64,000 nt of DNA from Botryllus schlosseri (Eukaryota), in assembly GCA_051294905.1 (NCBI GenBank), contig CM119371.1, positions 21,888,001-21,952,000 of the forward strand, read 5' to 3'. A program made the translations under genes and the position numbers. Position 1 is the first letter of the stretch; each line of letters opens with the position of its first letter. Below are positions 1-11,313 of the stretch, one piece after another. The notes below the pieces were generated by a model. It saw only the letters and a program-made list of their open reading frames with translations. It had not been told where the DNA came from and ran no database searches.

Positions 1-71
1 TTGTGGGATTTCCAAACGTCAATGAGATCCACAAGAACGGTAGCTGGGAGCCGCAGTTGGGAATTACTGGT

Positions 72-490
72 GTAAACGCTTTTCTGCAGACCTGACATAC
101 ATAGTTTTTGACTTCAGTATGTGTATTTCCATGTCTTTTCAAGTGCCAAAGCTGGGTAAATGCTTTTCGTGGATCTGACATATATATTGTTTTTCGACTC
201 CTGTATGTATATTTCCATGTGTTTTCCACACAAACGATTTTCCACAGATCTGATGGTCGTGGTTTTTGACTCCAAGGTGAGCAGCAATATGTTCTGTTAA
301 AGATGTCTTCCTAGTGAAAGACTTCCGACACATCTCACATTTATACTTTACTTTGTTTTTGTATCCATATGTCTTTTCGAGTGACCGATCGGATTATAAT
401 CTTTGACAATGACCTTGCATTCATGATTTTCCAAACCAGTGTGGGACAGTAAATGTTTTTCAATGTTGCGATTGTAGCAAACGCTTTTAC
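72..490 (-). pseudogene. Degenerate C2H2 zinc-finger gene relic (ZNF-A)
   Basis: Finger/linker fragments EKHLLSHTGLENHEC, YKCEMCRKSFTRKTSLTEHIAAHLGVKNHD and KTHGNIHTGVEKQYIC lie in different frames, with frameshifts, deletions and lost Cys/His. It abuts a MITE-like terminus at ~1-70. The upstream 520-640 resembles the upstream DNA of the intact genes. Confidence 0.8.
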
Positions 491-1569
491 AGAAGAAAAA
501 ATAGCAATATCGGTTCAGTTTGATAAAATACAAAATCCAATCAATACAGGAATAACAATCATATGATAGATTAATAGGCTACCAGTTTGATTGAATTTTC
601 TAGGCATCGTAATGATGAATAAGCAGACAATTCGGACAGTCACCAATTTAGAAGAGTTGTTCCAGATAGATTATTGATTTTCAAACTGGGATCCGTGGTC
701 CATTTCAAAAATTCAAATGATCGTGAAAATTTTTTAAAAAGCATTTAAAAAAAAAACGTGTCGAGCGATTCAAGATTCCAATACGTGCAAAATTGGGTAC
801 ACAGTTTATGATATTGGATATGATATCAACGTCCACTATATTTTTTTACCATTATGCGAACTCCTTATGGAATTAGACAGATTAGATTTGTCTGATCTAT
901 ACTCCTGAACAGCGACGTGCTGTCAAATGAGGCAGGTGAGGCAGTGTCTCACCTGTCGCCAGGGTAAGAGAAAATTGTGAAAACCCTCAATGATAATTGG
1001 TATTTTTCATCGATATTCATAAATAACTAAATTGTGAATATTGTTTTCACCCAACATCATCAATTTGCAGAATTATTATTCAAAAATACTTCGCGAAAGA
1101 AGAGGTGAGGCACGGGCGGGCCGTGTCTCACCTGCGACCATGCAATTTTTCATAAACAGCTCGGAATTAATAATAATTGGTCTCATTCAAATGCTGTCGT
1201 CGTACTGATTCCGAAAATCCAAATATTAACAGACTCAGAGCATCAGAACCCCTCAAAATGACCAAGCAATGTGACATTCGGCTTCATTACAGACGATGCC
1301 ATGCAGCACATGGACAATCTAAGCACAGTGAAACGCGCTATCGATTTCGAAAAACGAACAGTCTTGTAGGACTTGTTTAGTAGCGACGGCCAATACGTAA
1401 TGTGGAGCAAATACATTCCCAACTAATGTATAGCTGATATGTCCTGGCAAAATTGCGAGAGTATGGAAAAAGTTTTCATCTCATATTTGGAAATTACCAT
1501 ACTATACCATACATGTAGTTTCCCATATTCCATACTGAAATTTCATTCCATACCATGACCTAGCTTTAT

Positions 1570-2321
1570 TGAATCTTATTTGTGCAGTGTGAGCCAAATA
1601 TCACAAGTGCTAATCATACGCTGTAATTTGAATGTTACAACAGCAGGAAAAATACCAACATTCCCATCTAGAAACAGATAAGTGAGAAAAAATGACGTAT
1701 ACAGAGAATTTTTGTGGCAGCTATAATGGACGTATGCAAGTGACACGAAGATACCAGCTAGCATACCAGCAAACATACCAGCATTTCTACAATCTTAGCC
1801 CAGCAATCATACAGCCGGAAAGCTGATCCATAGATGATAGATACATGCGCTGTGTACCTGTAGAGATTTGATCCTAATATTAAATCATATTGATATGGTG
1901 GCAGAGTGAATAGAAGACTACTTCGAGTAAGAACACATTTCAATGTACGGCAGTTTTGCTCACATGACTGTGTCATGTTCAAGATAATCATCAACAAACG
2001 GAACCGACTCGTTTTTCGCTATTTTTCTGCTCATTCAAAAGTAGTATAAAATTTATGTATCAGCAGGAACATTCAACATTTAAATGCAAAACGTTTTTTC
2101 AGCATGGCAACACAAAGGTTTCGAAACATTCCATACGCTGAATGTCAATCTGACAATTCATTAAATGTAAAGTGTTAATGATGCAAAAATTTCAAGATAT
2201 GGGATTTATCCTGTGTTCAATAAAATGTGCTTTCAGCTAGAATGGCGCTCCAGATATATCCCACAATTTATTGTCACCTCCGCCATGAATGTTCACACAT
2301 CTCCTGAAAATACTGGTGAGT
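1570..2321. repeat. Orphan paralogous ZNF 3'-flank (gene deleted)
   Basis: Aligns by eye to 15280-15955, the 3' flank of the 11-finger gene, e.g. ctgtgttcaataaaatgtgctttcagc vs ctgtgttcacaaaaatgtgctttcagc. It then jumps to sequence paralogous to 17843-18560. Confidence 0.7.
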
Positions 2322-4099
2322 ACATCTCAGGCGATAGGGGACCAATATCTCGTTCGGAGAAGGGACCTGAAACCGATCACTTTGAACACCAGCACCGATA
2401 ACACCAGCCAACACAGCGGTTCTTCAACGTTCCACCACGACGCAAATCCAAAGGATATTATCATCTTGCGATCCAAGACTCGCTCATAGAAATGAATACA
2501 TTTCAAATTCAACTATACTACATTTTTCACGGGCAAGCTGTACGTAACGGCTTTCTATGAAACATGATTCATCACATTGATCACAATAACTGTATAAGTC
2601 ATTGAAGTCACATAATATACATCATCATGGTATTATTTGTGCACAACTTCGCTTTATGCGCATATTCAAGGTTTCCAAACTTTTTCTACTCACAAGCTCG
2701 TTGCAGCAAATTTTCAAGATTAGGGTCACCTGAACCATTGGCCGTGATCGATTTTATATAAGCAAGTAGGCCTACGAGAAAACGACAAGCGCCACTGGCA
2801 GGTAGAATTATATGATTTTCATCAGGACCTCCGTGAATTTTACGTTCTGCCACCCCATTTACCCATTACGACAAAAACTGATCATGCTAGAGTTGGAAAA
2901 TGTTGACGCAATATTGATGATTTAACCTCAGCAAGTGACGTGACTCTTTTCCCCTCTCCCTCTTTCCGTCTCTTCCTCTTTCCCAGAACCGAAAGACACA
3001 TGATTAGGAATCTGCGCATTGGTCTTGAAAGCTTCGATACAAAATCCATATCAAGTTAATTGAACTTCTTTGCTGACAGGGAAATATTGGTATCCATCCA
3101 GCTAATGTGCATATGTATGAGGGTAACTTGGCATTGTTACCGTTTATTTCAGCAATCAAACAAGGATCCCCTTCAGGCTGTCTTTGTAAGGATGCTGCAT
3201 AGTGCAATGCAGTTAAGCGATATTGCAAGCGAAAAGCTCGCAGAACACCATATAAGACGATAAGCTATGATACTCTAGCAATCTGAACACAACGGAATGT
3301 AATGAAGGAGTGAAAATGTCAATGTTGTATGAAATGGATGGCAGAAACAAGCACATATTCACAAGATAGTTACTACACTGAAACTTATAATGAAATCGAA
3401 CCTAATGTACACAGACTGCTAATAATTAGAGAATATGGGAATGGATCTGTAGCCTACTTGCAGCTTGAAGTGTTTGTGCAACCAGTATAGCATTACCTCA
3501 TCACACTGTGATAGAAAAATTCGAACATCCACATCAAACTGCTTTGTTCTGCACTGCTCTGTTTTATTGAAGCTGATTGGTGCAGTGCAAACCAGATCTT
3601 TCAGTTAGTAAGCATACGCTTTCATTTATATGTGAAGAAGAGGCACTCATATTCACGTAATGATACAAGTGAGTATGTAGTGGTAAGAAGACCAAAGGCA
3701 CGTAACCATTTATTCAATGCCATCCCAGAAATTAGGCATCCTAAAGAGGTGCTATATATATATATGTGTTACATACTAGTTCATATTTCATTGCAATATT
3801 AAATCAAGTTGATGTGCTGGCAGAGTGAATGGACGATTCCACTGAGTAACAGCATATTTTACTATAAGCTATTCAATGTTAGTGTATTATGATAATATTG
3901 AAAATTATCATCACAAATATCATCTATTCCTTATTCCTTCATTTTAAAGTTGTCCTAAATTTGTGCGTCAACAGTAACATCCAGCAGCAGAAACGTTTTT
4001 TCAACTTGAACACACAAACGAATCGTGAATGTATGAAACATTTAAATAGCAATTCATCAAATATAGAATGTTACCGATGGTTGTTGATTCAAAAAGTCT

Positions 4100-5074
4100 A
4101 GTACATTGGATGTATCTTGTGTTCACGAAAACTCGCTTCTCGCTGTAATGACTTTTAATAGATATCACAGAAACACCGTACTTACTACCTCTAGCATGAA
4201 TATACAGTGGATAACGATCTACTGGTGAATAGTAAGTAAACGCATTTCCACTGGTCTAGCACTCATAGTTTCAGATGTGCATTTTCAACACTTGACAAGT
4301 TACCAAGCAGGGCAGATCTGACATGCATAGTTTTTGAGTCCAGTATGTATATTTTCCTGTATTTCCGAGTTACCAAGCCGGGTAAACGCTTTTCCGCAGA
4401 CCTGACACTCATAGTCTTTGCCTCTAGTATGTGTATTTCCATAGGTTTTGAAGTGACTAAGCTGGAAAAATACTTTTCCGCAGATCTGATATTCGTTAGT
4501 TTCGGTTTCCGGAATGTGCATTCTCATGTGCTCACAAGTTACTGAGCAGGGTAAACGGTTTTCTGCAGATCTCCCATACATAGTTTTCGACAACAGTATG
4601 TTCGTTTCCATGTATTTTGAAGTTACCAAGCCATGCAAACGCTTTTCTGTAGATCTGAAATGCATTAGTTTCTGATTCCGGTTTAAGTTACTGAGCCACG
4701 TAAACGGTTTTCCACAGATCTGTCATGCGCAGTTTTTGACTCCGATGTGCGCATTTTCATGTATTTTCAAGTGAAAAAGCCGTTTATACGGTTTTCCGTC
4801 GACCTGACACTAATTGTTTTTGACTCCAATATGTTTATTTCGATGTGTTTTCAGATGAACAAGCCAGTTAAACGATTTTCCGCAGCTTTAACCTGCAAAT
4901 GCTTCGAATCCGGTAGGTGTATGTCCGAGTAATTTCAAGTGATCAAGCTGGCTAAATGCTTTTCTGCGGATCTGCAACGCATAGCTATCGACTCCAATAA
5001 GAGTATTTCCATTTCTTTTCAAGTTAGCAAGTCTGGTAAACGCTTTTCCATAGACCTGACACTCAGTTTTTGAC
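4100..5074 (-). pseudogene. Decayed zinc-finger tail (about 10 broken fingers) downstream of the ZNF-B1 stop codon
   Basis: The 84-bp finger periodicity continues (e.g. YECQVCGKAFTRLGNSEIQENIHTGLKNYACQIC) with stops, frameshifts and lost ligands. Confidence 0.85.
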
Positions 5075-5830
5075 TCAAGCATGTGTATTTTCATGTGTTT
5101 TCAAGTGATGAAGCATGCTAAACGCTTTTCCGCAGATCTGACATGCATAGTTTTTGACTCCAGTATGTGTATTGCCATGTCTTCTCAAGTTCGAAAGCTG
5201 GCTAAATGTTTTTCCACAGATTTGACAGGCATATTGTTTGACTCCGGTATGTGTATACCCATGTGTTTTCAAGTGATGAAGCTGGCTAATAGCTTTTCCG
5301 CAGATCTGACATTCATAGTTTTTGACTCCAGTATGTGTATTTCCATGTCTTTTCAAGCCCCGAAGCTGGCTAAACGCTTTTCCGCAGATCTGACACTCAT
5401 AGTTTTTGACTCTTGTATGTGTATTTTCATGTTTTTTCAAATCATAACGCCGGGTAAATGCTTTTCCGCAGATGTGACATTCATAGTTTGTGACTCCGGT
5501 ATGTGTAATCCCATGTTTTTTCAAGTTACCGAGCTGACTAAATGCTTTTCCGCATATCTCACACTCGTAGTTTTTGACTCCAGTATGTGTATTTCCATGT
5601 TCTTTCAAGCTGCTATGCTGGGTAAATGCTTTTCCACATAATTCACATTTATACTTTTTGATTCCAGTATGTATATCTCCATGCCTTTTCAAGTCACCAA
5701 GCCGGGCAAACGATTTTCCACAGATCTCACATTCAATATTCCTATATTCAAGGTGGAATTGCAGGTGAATTTTCAATCCGTCTGGAAAATGAAAGCTCAT
5801 TCCACAGACCAAACACATATTCTTCGTCAT
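5075..5830 (-). CDS. Tandem C2H2 zinc-finger protein, 9 fingers, 251 aa (ZNF-B1)
   Basis: Nine C-x2-C-x12-H-x3-H fingers with TGVKNY-type linkers. An in-frame TAA ends 9 nt upstream of the ATG. The stop TGA replaces the linker Gly codon. Confidence 0.9.
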   Translation of the reverse strand: MTKNMCLVCGMSFHFPDGLKIHLQFHLEYRNIECEICGKSFARLGDLKRHGDIHTGIKKYKCELCGKAFTQHSSLKEHGNTHTGVKNYECEICGKAFSQLGNLKKHGITHTGVTNYECHICGKAFTRRYDLKKHENTHTRVKNYECQICGKAFSQLRGLKRHGNTHTGVKNYECQICGKAISQLHHLKTHGYTHTGVKQYACQICGKTFSQLSNLRRHGNTHTGVKNYACQICGKAFSMLHHLKTHENTHA

Positions 5831-5839
5831 TCTTCTTGA

Positions 5840-5872
5840 TTATCCACAAATTACTTCTTCAAGTGCACACAT
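5840..5872 (-). promoter_or_regulatory. uORF MCALEEVICG* in the 5' leader of ZNF-B1 (identical copy at 10826-10858)
   Basis: ATG at -42 and TAA ending 9 nt before the main ATG. The same arrangement occurs at 17318-17347 and 37936-37968. Confidence 0.55.
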
Positions 5873-5962
5873 GAAGCGATCGTTCTCTGATTGAAAACGA
5901 ATATATTCCAATAGCTTGTAATGAGCTATTAAATAGTATTAGAATACTTATATTATAGAAAA

Positions 5963-5990
5963 TCTGTCTGAACATACAAATGACAAATTA
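5963..5990 (-). promoter_or_regulatory. Putative 3' splice acceptor (tttgtatgttcag/acag) ahead of the coding exon
   Basis: Pyrimidine-rich tract plus CAG ~135 nt upstream of the ATG. Paralogous acceptors lie at 17439-17440 and 38057-38058, the latter with a cttaac branch-like motif. Confidence 0.55.
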
Positions 5991-6098
5991 CAACATTCAA
6001 CCAATACAAGAATAAAAAACATAGAATATATATCAATAATGGATAAGTTGCATTTTTAGGCATTGTAACGATCGGGAATAAGACAATTCAGACGAGTA

Positions 6099-6327
6099 CC
6101 GTAATTTTCCAAGTATAGTACGCCCCCATGTATAATACGCACCCTCACAATGGCATGCGATTTCTGGGAAAAAGCCTGTACCCATGTATAGTACGCACCC
6201 TGCATTCACAGTACATGAATAGCTGTGTTTTAGTACGCGATGTTGTTCTGTTTTGCGATGTCACTGTCGAACAATCATGACATAACCCTCGCTAATCATT
6301 ATGCAAATAACGGCATTGTCTCTAAAC
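6099..6327 (+). mobile_element. Tc1/pogo-type MITE, left part (family P); identical copy at 11085-11313
   Basis: TA followed by the CCGTAATTTTCC terminus; matches the full copy at 33395-34202. The empty site is seen in the paralogue at 17591 (gacgagta|gttcc). Confidence 0.8.
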
Positions 6328-6890
6328 CAGAGGTCTCAAACACGCGGCCCGCGAGAGCATTTTGTGCGGCCCGCGACGGCATTTTGGAATTTCAAGTATT
6401 CAACAATATATTCACGTGCCATACATCTTTTTCAGATATGAGATCTTAAAGTTCAACCTAAAACTACTATAAAGATCACTGAAATCTAGACAAACTTCAT
6501 TATCACATCACTTTTAAAAGTAGAAGTAGTAGCAGTAGAAGATCTGCTATTACGTCACATTTCCAATCCATGATGATAAAACATGACCCTTGGTGATTCG
6601 TGACAGAAAATTGTGATTTGGTTTGGTGCAACCTTCTCGTAAAATTACTCGATTTGGGATTGACTGGGTGAGTTATTAAAAACGACGTGAATGTAGTCGG
6701 GTCAAACGGTAAAATCAGAGAAGGATTTGCGATTGGGAACGGTGACTTGCTATTCCTACGGACAAAACAATCTATGAAACTGTCATGGGGAAGAGTAATA
6801 TATCACAACATCGTTGCTTGCGTTGCGTAGAATATATAGCTATCTAATCAGGTCAGTATGGCAACCCTGGCATTCTGTGACCCCCATGAC
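6328..6890 (+). mobile_element. hAT/Charlie-like non-autonomous element (family E), left part
   Basis: CAGAGGTCTCAAAC terminus with GGCCCGCG subterminal motifs; homologous (inverted) to 26288-27805. Confidence 0.75.
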
Positions 6891-7560
6891 AAGGGCGTTT
6901 TTTTTTTTGACATGTCTAAAAAGTCAAAATTAGGTCAAAATTGTTGCGTTAGGTCAAAAAATGTCAAAATTGTTTACGAAGTTCAAACTTTTTTGCAACC
7001 TGCATTTCGTTTGTATCGTAGATTTTGCACTTTCGGTGCACTTATCATTAGGCATTTTACAGCTTGTTGCCTACTTTATAGGCCTACCGTTGTAGATGGC
7101 CCCGTGTCTGCTCATTGTGAATCATATTAAACATTAAAATGAAACAAATGGTGTTATGCTCAACGTACCGCAATATCCCAACTGAAGCAAGACTGCGTGG
7201 GCATTGCATGGTTCTTATATCAAGAAGCGCACGATGAAAAATTGTTATGTAGACAGCGTTGTCAGAATGAAGCAACACGGTTGGTCACCATCAGCAGCGT
7301 ACGCACAACTTCAGTGTTGTCAGCCAACAACTGCTGCTGGTGAACGTTCTTTCTCCATTCTTGGAAAGCTACTGAGTAAGGACAGACAGACACTTTCTAC
7401 CCGAGAGTGTAGGAAAGTATGTTTCGTTGTACTACAATTTGATTTGATTATTTCCACCATAATGCGTAATGTAACTACTGGAATTCTTCATAGGGCCAGA
7501 TTTCGATAAAATATTAGTTTTTTCATTTAAAAATTTGTCAGTTTTTGAGCCAAAAAACTT
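6891..7560 (+). mobile_element. Internally deleted hAT element (family H), truncated by the duplication junction
   Basis: Left TIR aagggcgtttttttttttgac and the transposase remnant QPTTAAGERSFSILGKLLSKDR are present; the right TIR is missing. Confidence 0.8.
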
Positions 7561-9085
7561 GATTGATCACAATAACTGTATAAGTCATTGAAGTCACATA
7601 ATATACATCATCATGGTATTATTTGTGCACAACTTCGCTTTATGCGCATATTCAAGGTTTCCAAACTTTTTCTACTCACAAGCTCGTTGCAGCAAATTTT
7701 CAAGATTAGGGTCACCTGAACCATTGGCCGTGATCGATTTTATATAAGCAAGTAGGCCTACGAGAAAACGACAAGCGCCACTGGCAGGTAGAATTATATG
7801 ATTTTCATCAGGACCTCCGTGAATTTTACGTTCTGCCACCCCATTTACCCATTACGACAAAAACTGATCATGCTAGAGTTGGAAAATGTTGACGCAATAT
7901 TGATGATTTAACCTCAGCAAGTGACGTGACTCTTTTCCCCTCTCCCTCTTTCCGTCTCTTCCTCTTTCCCAGAACCGAAAGACACATGATTAGGAATCTG
8001 CGCATTGGTCTTGAAAGCTTCGATACAAAATCCATATCAAGTTAATTGAACTTCTTTGCTGACAGGGAAATATTGGTATCCATCCAGCTAATGTGCATAT
8101 GTATGAGGGTAACTTGGCATTGTTACCGTTTATTTCAGCAATCAAACAAGGATCCCCTTCAGGCTGTCTTTGTAAGGATGCTGCATAGTGCAATGCAGTT
8201 AAGCGATATTGCAAGCGAAAAGCTCGCAGAACACCATATAAGACCATAAGCTATGATACTCTAGCAATCTGAACACAACGGAATGTAATGAAGGAGTGAA
8301 AATGTCAATGTTGTATGAAATGGATGGCAGAAACAAGCACATATTCACAAGATAGTTACTACACTGAAACTTATAATGAAATCGAACCTAATGTACACAG
8401 ACTGCTAATAATTAGAGAATATGGGAATGGATCTGTAGCCTACTTGCAGCTTGAAGTGTTTGTGCAACCAGTATAGCATTACCTCATCACACTGTGATAG
8501 AAAAATTCGAACATCCACATCAAACTGCTTTGTTCTGCACTGCTCTGTTTTATTGAAGCTGATTGGTGCAGTGCAAACCAGATCTTTCAGTTAGTAAGCA
8601 TACGCTTTCATTTATATGTGAAGAAGAGGCACTCATATTCACGTAATGATACAAGTGAGTATGTAGTGGTAAGAAGACCAAAGGCACGTAACCATTTATT
8701 CAATGCCATCCCAGAAATTAGGCATCCTAAAGAGGTGCTATATATATATATGTGTTACATACTAGTTCATATTTCATTGCAATATTAAATCAAGTTGATG
8801 TGCTGGCAGAGTGAATGGACGATTCCACTGAGTAACAGCATATTTTACTATAAGCTATTCAATGTTAGTGTATTATGATAATATTGAAAATTATCATCAC
8901 AAATATCATCTATTCCTTATTCCTTCATTTTAAAGTTGTCCTAAATTTGTGCGTCAACAGTAACATCCAGCAGCAGAAACGTTTTTTCAACTTGAACACA
9001 CAAACGAATCGTGAATGTATGAAACATTTAAATAGCAATTCATCAAATATAGAATGTTACCGATGGTTGTTGATTCAAAAAGTCT

Positions 9086-10060
9086 AGTACATTGGATGTA
9101 TCTTGTGTTCACGAAAACTCGCTTCTCGCTGTAATGACTTTTAATAGATATCACAGAAACACCGTACTTACTACCTCTAGCATGAATATACAGTGGATAA
9201 CGATCTACTGGTGAATAGTAAGTAAACGCATTTCCACTGGTCTAGCACTCATAGTTTCAGATGTGCATTTTCAACACTTGACAAGTTACCAAGCAGGGCA
9301 GATCTGACATGCATAGTTTTTGAGTCCAGTATGTATATTTTCCTGTATTTCCGAGTTACCAAGCCGGGTAAACGCTTTTCCGCAGACCTGACACTCATAG
9401 TCTTTGCCTCTAGTATGTGTATTTCCATAGGTTTTGAAGTGACTAAGCTGGAAAAATACTTTTCCGCAGATCTGATATTCGTTAGTTTCGGTTTCCGGAA
9501 TGTGCATTCTCATGTGCTCACAAGTTACTGAGCAGGGTAAACGGTTTTCTGCAGATCTCCCATACATAGTTTTCGACAACAGTATGTTCGTTTCCATGTA
9601 TTTTGAAGTTACCAAGCCATGCAAACGCTTTTCTGTAGATCTGAAATGCATTAGTTTCTGATTCCGGTTTAAGTTACTGAGCCACGTAAACGGTTTTCCA
9701 CAGATCTGTCATGCGCAGTTTTTGACTCCGATGTGCGCATTTTCATGTATTTTCAAGTGAAAAAGCCGTTTATACGGTTTTCCGTCGACCTGACACTAAT
9801 TGTTTTTGACTCCAATATGTTTATTTCGATGTGTTTTCAGATGAACAAGCCAGTTAAACGATTTTCCGCAGCTTTAACCTGCAAATGCTTCGAATCCGGT
9901 AGGTGTATGTCCGAGTAATTTCAAGTGATCAAGCTGGCTAAATGCTTTTCTGCGGATCTGCAACGCATAGCTATCGACTCCAATAAGAGTATTTCCATTT
10001 CTTTTCAAGTTAGCAAGTCTGGTAAACGCTTTTCCATAGACCTGACACTCAGTTTTTGAC
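9086..10060 (-). pseudogene. Decayed zinc-finger tail of ZNF-B2
   Basis: Duplicate of 4100-5074. Confidence 0.85.
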
Positions 10061-10816
10061 TCAAGCATGTGTATTTTCATGTGTTTTCAAGTGATGAAGC
10101 ATGCTAAACGCTTTTCCGCAGATCTGACATGCATAGTTTTTGACTCCAGTATGTGTATTGCCATGTCTTCTCAAGTTCGAAAGCTGGCTAAATGTTTTTC
10201 CACAGATTTGACAGGCATATTGTTTGACTCCGGTATGTGTATACCCATGTGTTTTCAAGTGATGAAGCTGGCTAATAGCTTTTCCGCAGATCTGACATTC
10301 ATAGTTTTTGACTCCAGTATGTGTATTTCCATGTCTTTTCAAGCCCCGAAGCTGGCTAAACGCTTTTCCGCAGATCTGACACTCATAGTTTTTGACTCTT
10401 GTATGTGTATTTTCATGTTTTTTCAAATCATAACGCCGGGTAAATGCTTTTCCGCAGATGTGACATTCATAGTTTGTGACTCCGGTATGTGTAATCCCAT
10501 GTTTTTTCAAGTTACCGAGCTGACTAAATGCTTTTCCGCATATCTCACACTCGTAGTTTTTGACTCCAGTATGTGTATTTCCATGTTCTTTCAAGCTGCT
10601 ATGCTGGGTAAATGCTTTTCCACATAATTCACATTTATACTTTTTGATTCCAGTATGTATATCTCCATGCCTTTTCAAGTCACCAAGCCGGGCAAACGAT
10701 TTTCCACAGATCTCACATTCAATATTCCTATATTCAAGGTGGAATTGCAGGTGAATTTTCAATCCGTCTGGAAAATGAAAGCTCATTCCACAGACCAAAC
10801 ACATATTCTTCGTCAT
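10061..10816 (-). CDS. Tandem C2H2 zinc-finger protein, 9 fingers, 251 aa (ZNF-B2, identical to ZNF-B1)
   Basis: Identical translation to 5075-5830. Confidence 0.88.
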   Translation of the reverse strand: MTKNMCLVCGMSFHFPDGLKIHLQFHLEYRNIECEICGKSFARLGDLKRHGDIHTGIKKYKCELCGKAFTQHSSLKEHGNTHTGVKNYECEICGKAFSQLGNLKKHGITHTGVTNYECHICGKAFTRRYDLKKHENTHTRVKNYECQICGKAFSQLRGLKRHGNTHTGVKNYECQICGKAISQLHHLKTHGYTHTGVKQYACQICGKTFSQLSNLRRHGNTHTGVKNYACQICGKAFSMLHHLKTHENTHA

Positions 10817-11313
10817 TCTTCTTGATTATCCACAAATTACTTCTTCAAGTGCACACATGAAGCGATCGTTCTCTGATTGAAAACGAATATATTCCAATAG
10901 CTTGTAATGAGCTATTAAATAGTATTAGAATACTTATATTATAGAAAATCTGTCTGAACATACAAATGACAAATTACAACATTCAACCAATACAAGAATA
11001 AAAAACATAGAATATATATCAATAATGGATAAGTTGCATTTTTAGGCATTGTAACGATCGGGAATAAGACAATTCAGACGAGTACCGTAATTTTCCAAGT
11101 ATAGTACGCCCCCATGTATAATACGCACCCTCACAATGGCATGCGATTTCTGGGAAAAAGCCTGTACCCATGTATAGTACGCACCCTGCATTCACAGTAC
11201 ATGAATAGCTGTGTTTTAGTACGCGATGTTGTTCTGTTTTGCGATGTCACTGTCGAACAATCATGACATAACCCTCGCTAATCATTATGCAAATAACGGC
11301 ATTGTCTCTAAAC

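Larger units (their letters stand above)
2576..7560. repeat. Tandem segmental duplication, copy 1 (4,985 bp)
   Basis: All ORFs recur at a constant offset of 4,986. The only difference seen is G3259 vs C8245. Confidence 0.95.

Noticed and set aside
5081..5641. Long plus-strand ORFs antisense to the ZNF genes (also 10067-10627, 16655-17314, 35914-36285 and others)
   Set aside because: They are the shadow frame of the 84-bp finger repeat (recurring KRFSADLT..VFDSSMCI), a known by-product of ZNF codon patterns; there is no independent evidence of coding.
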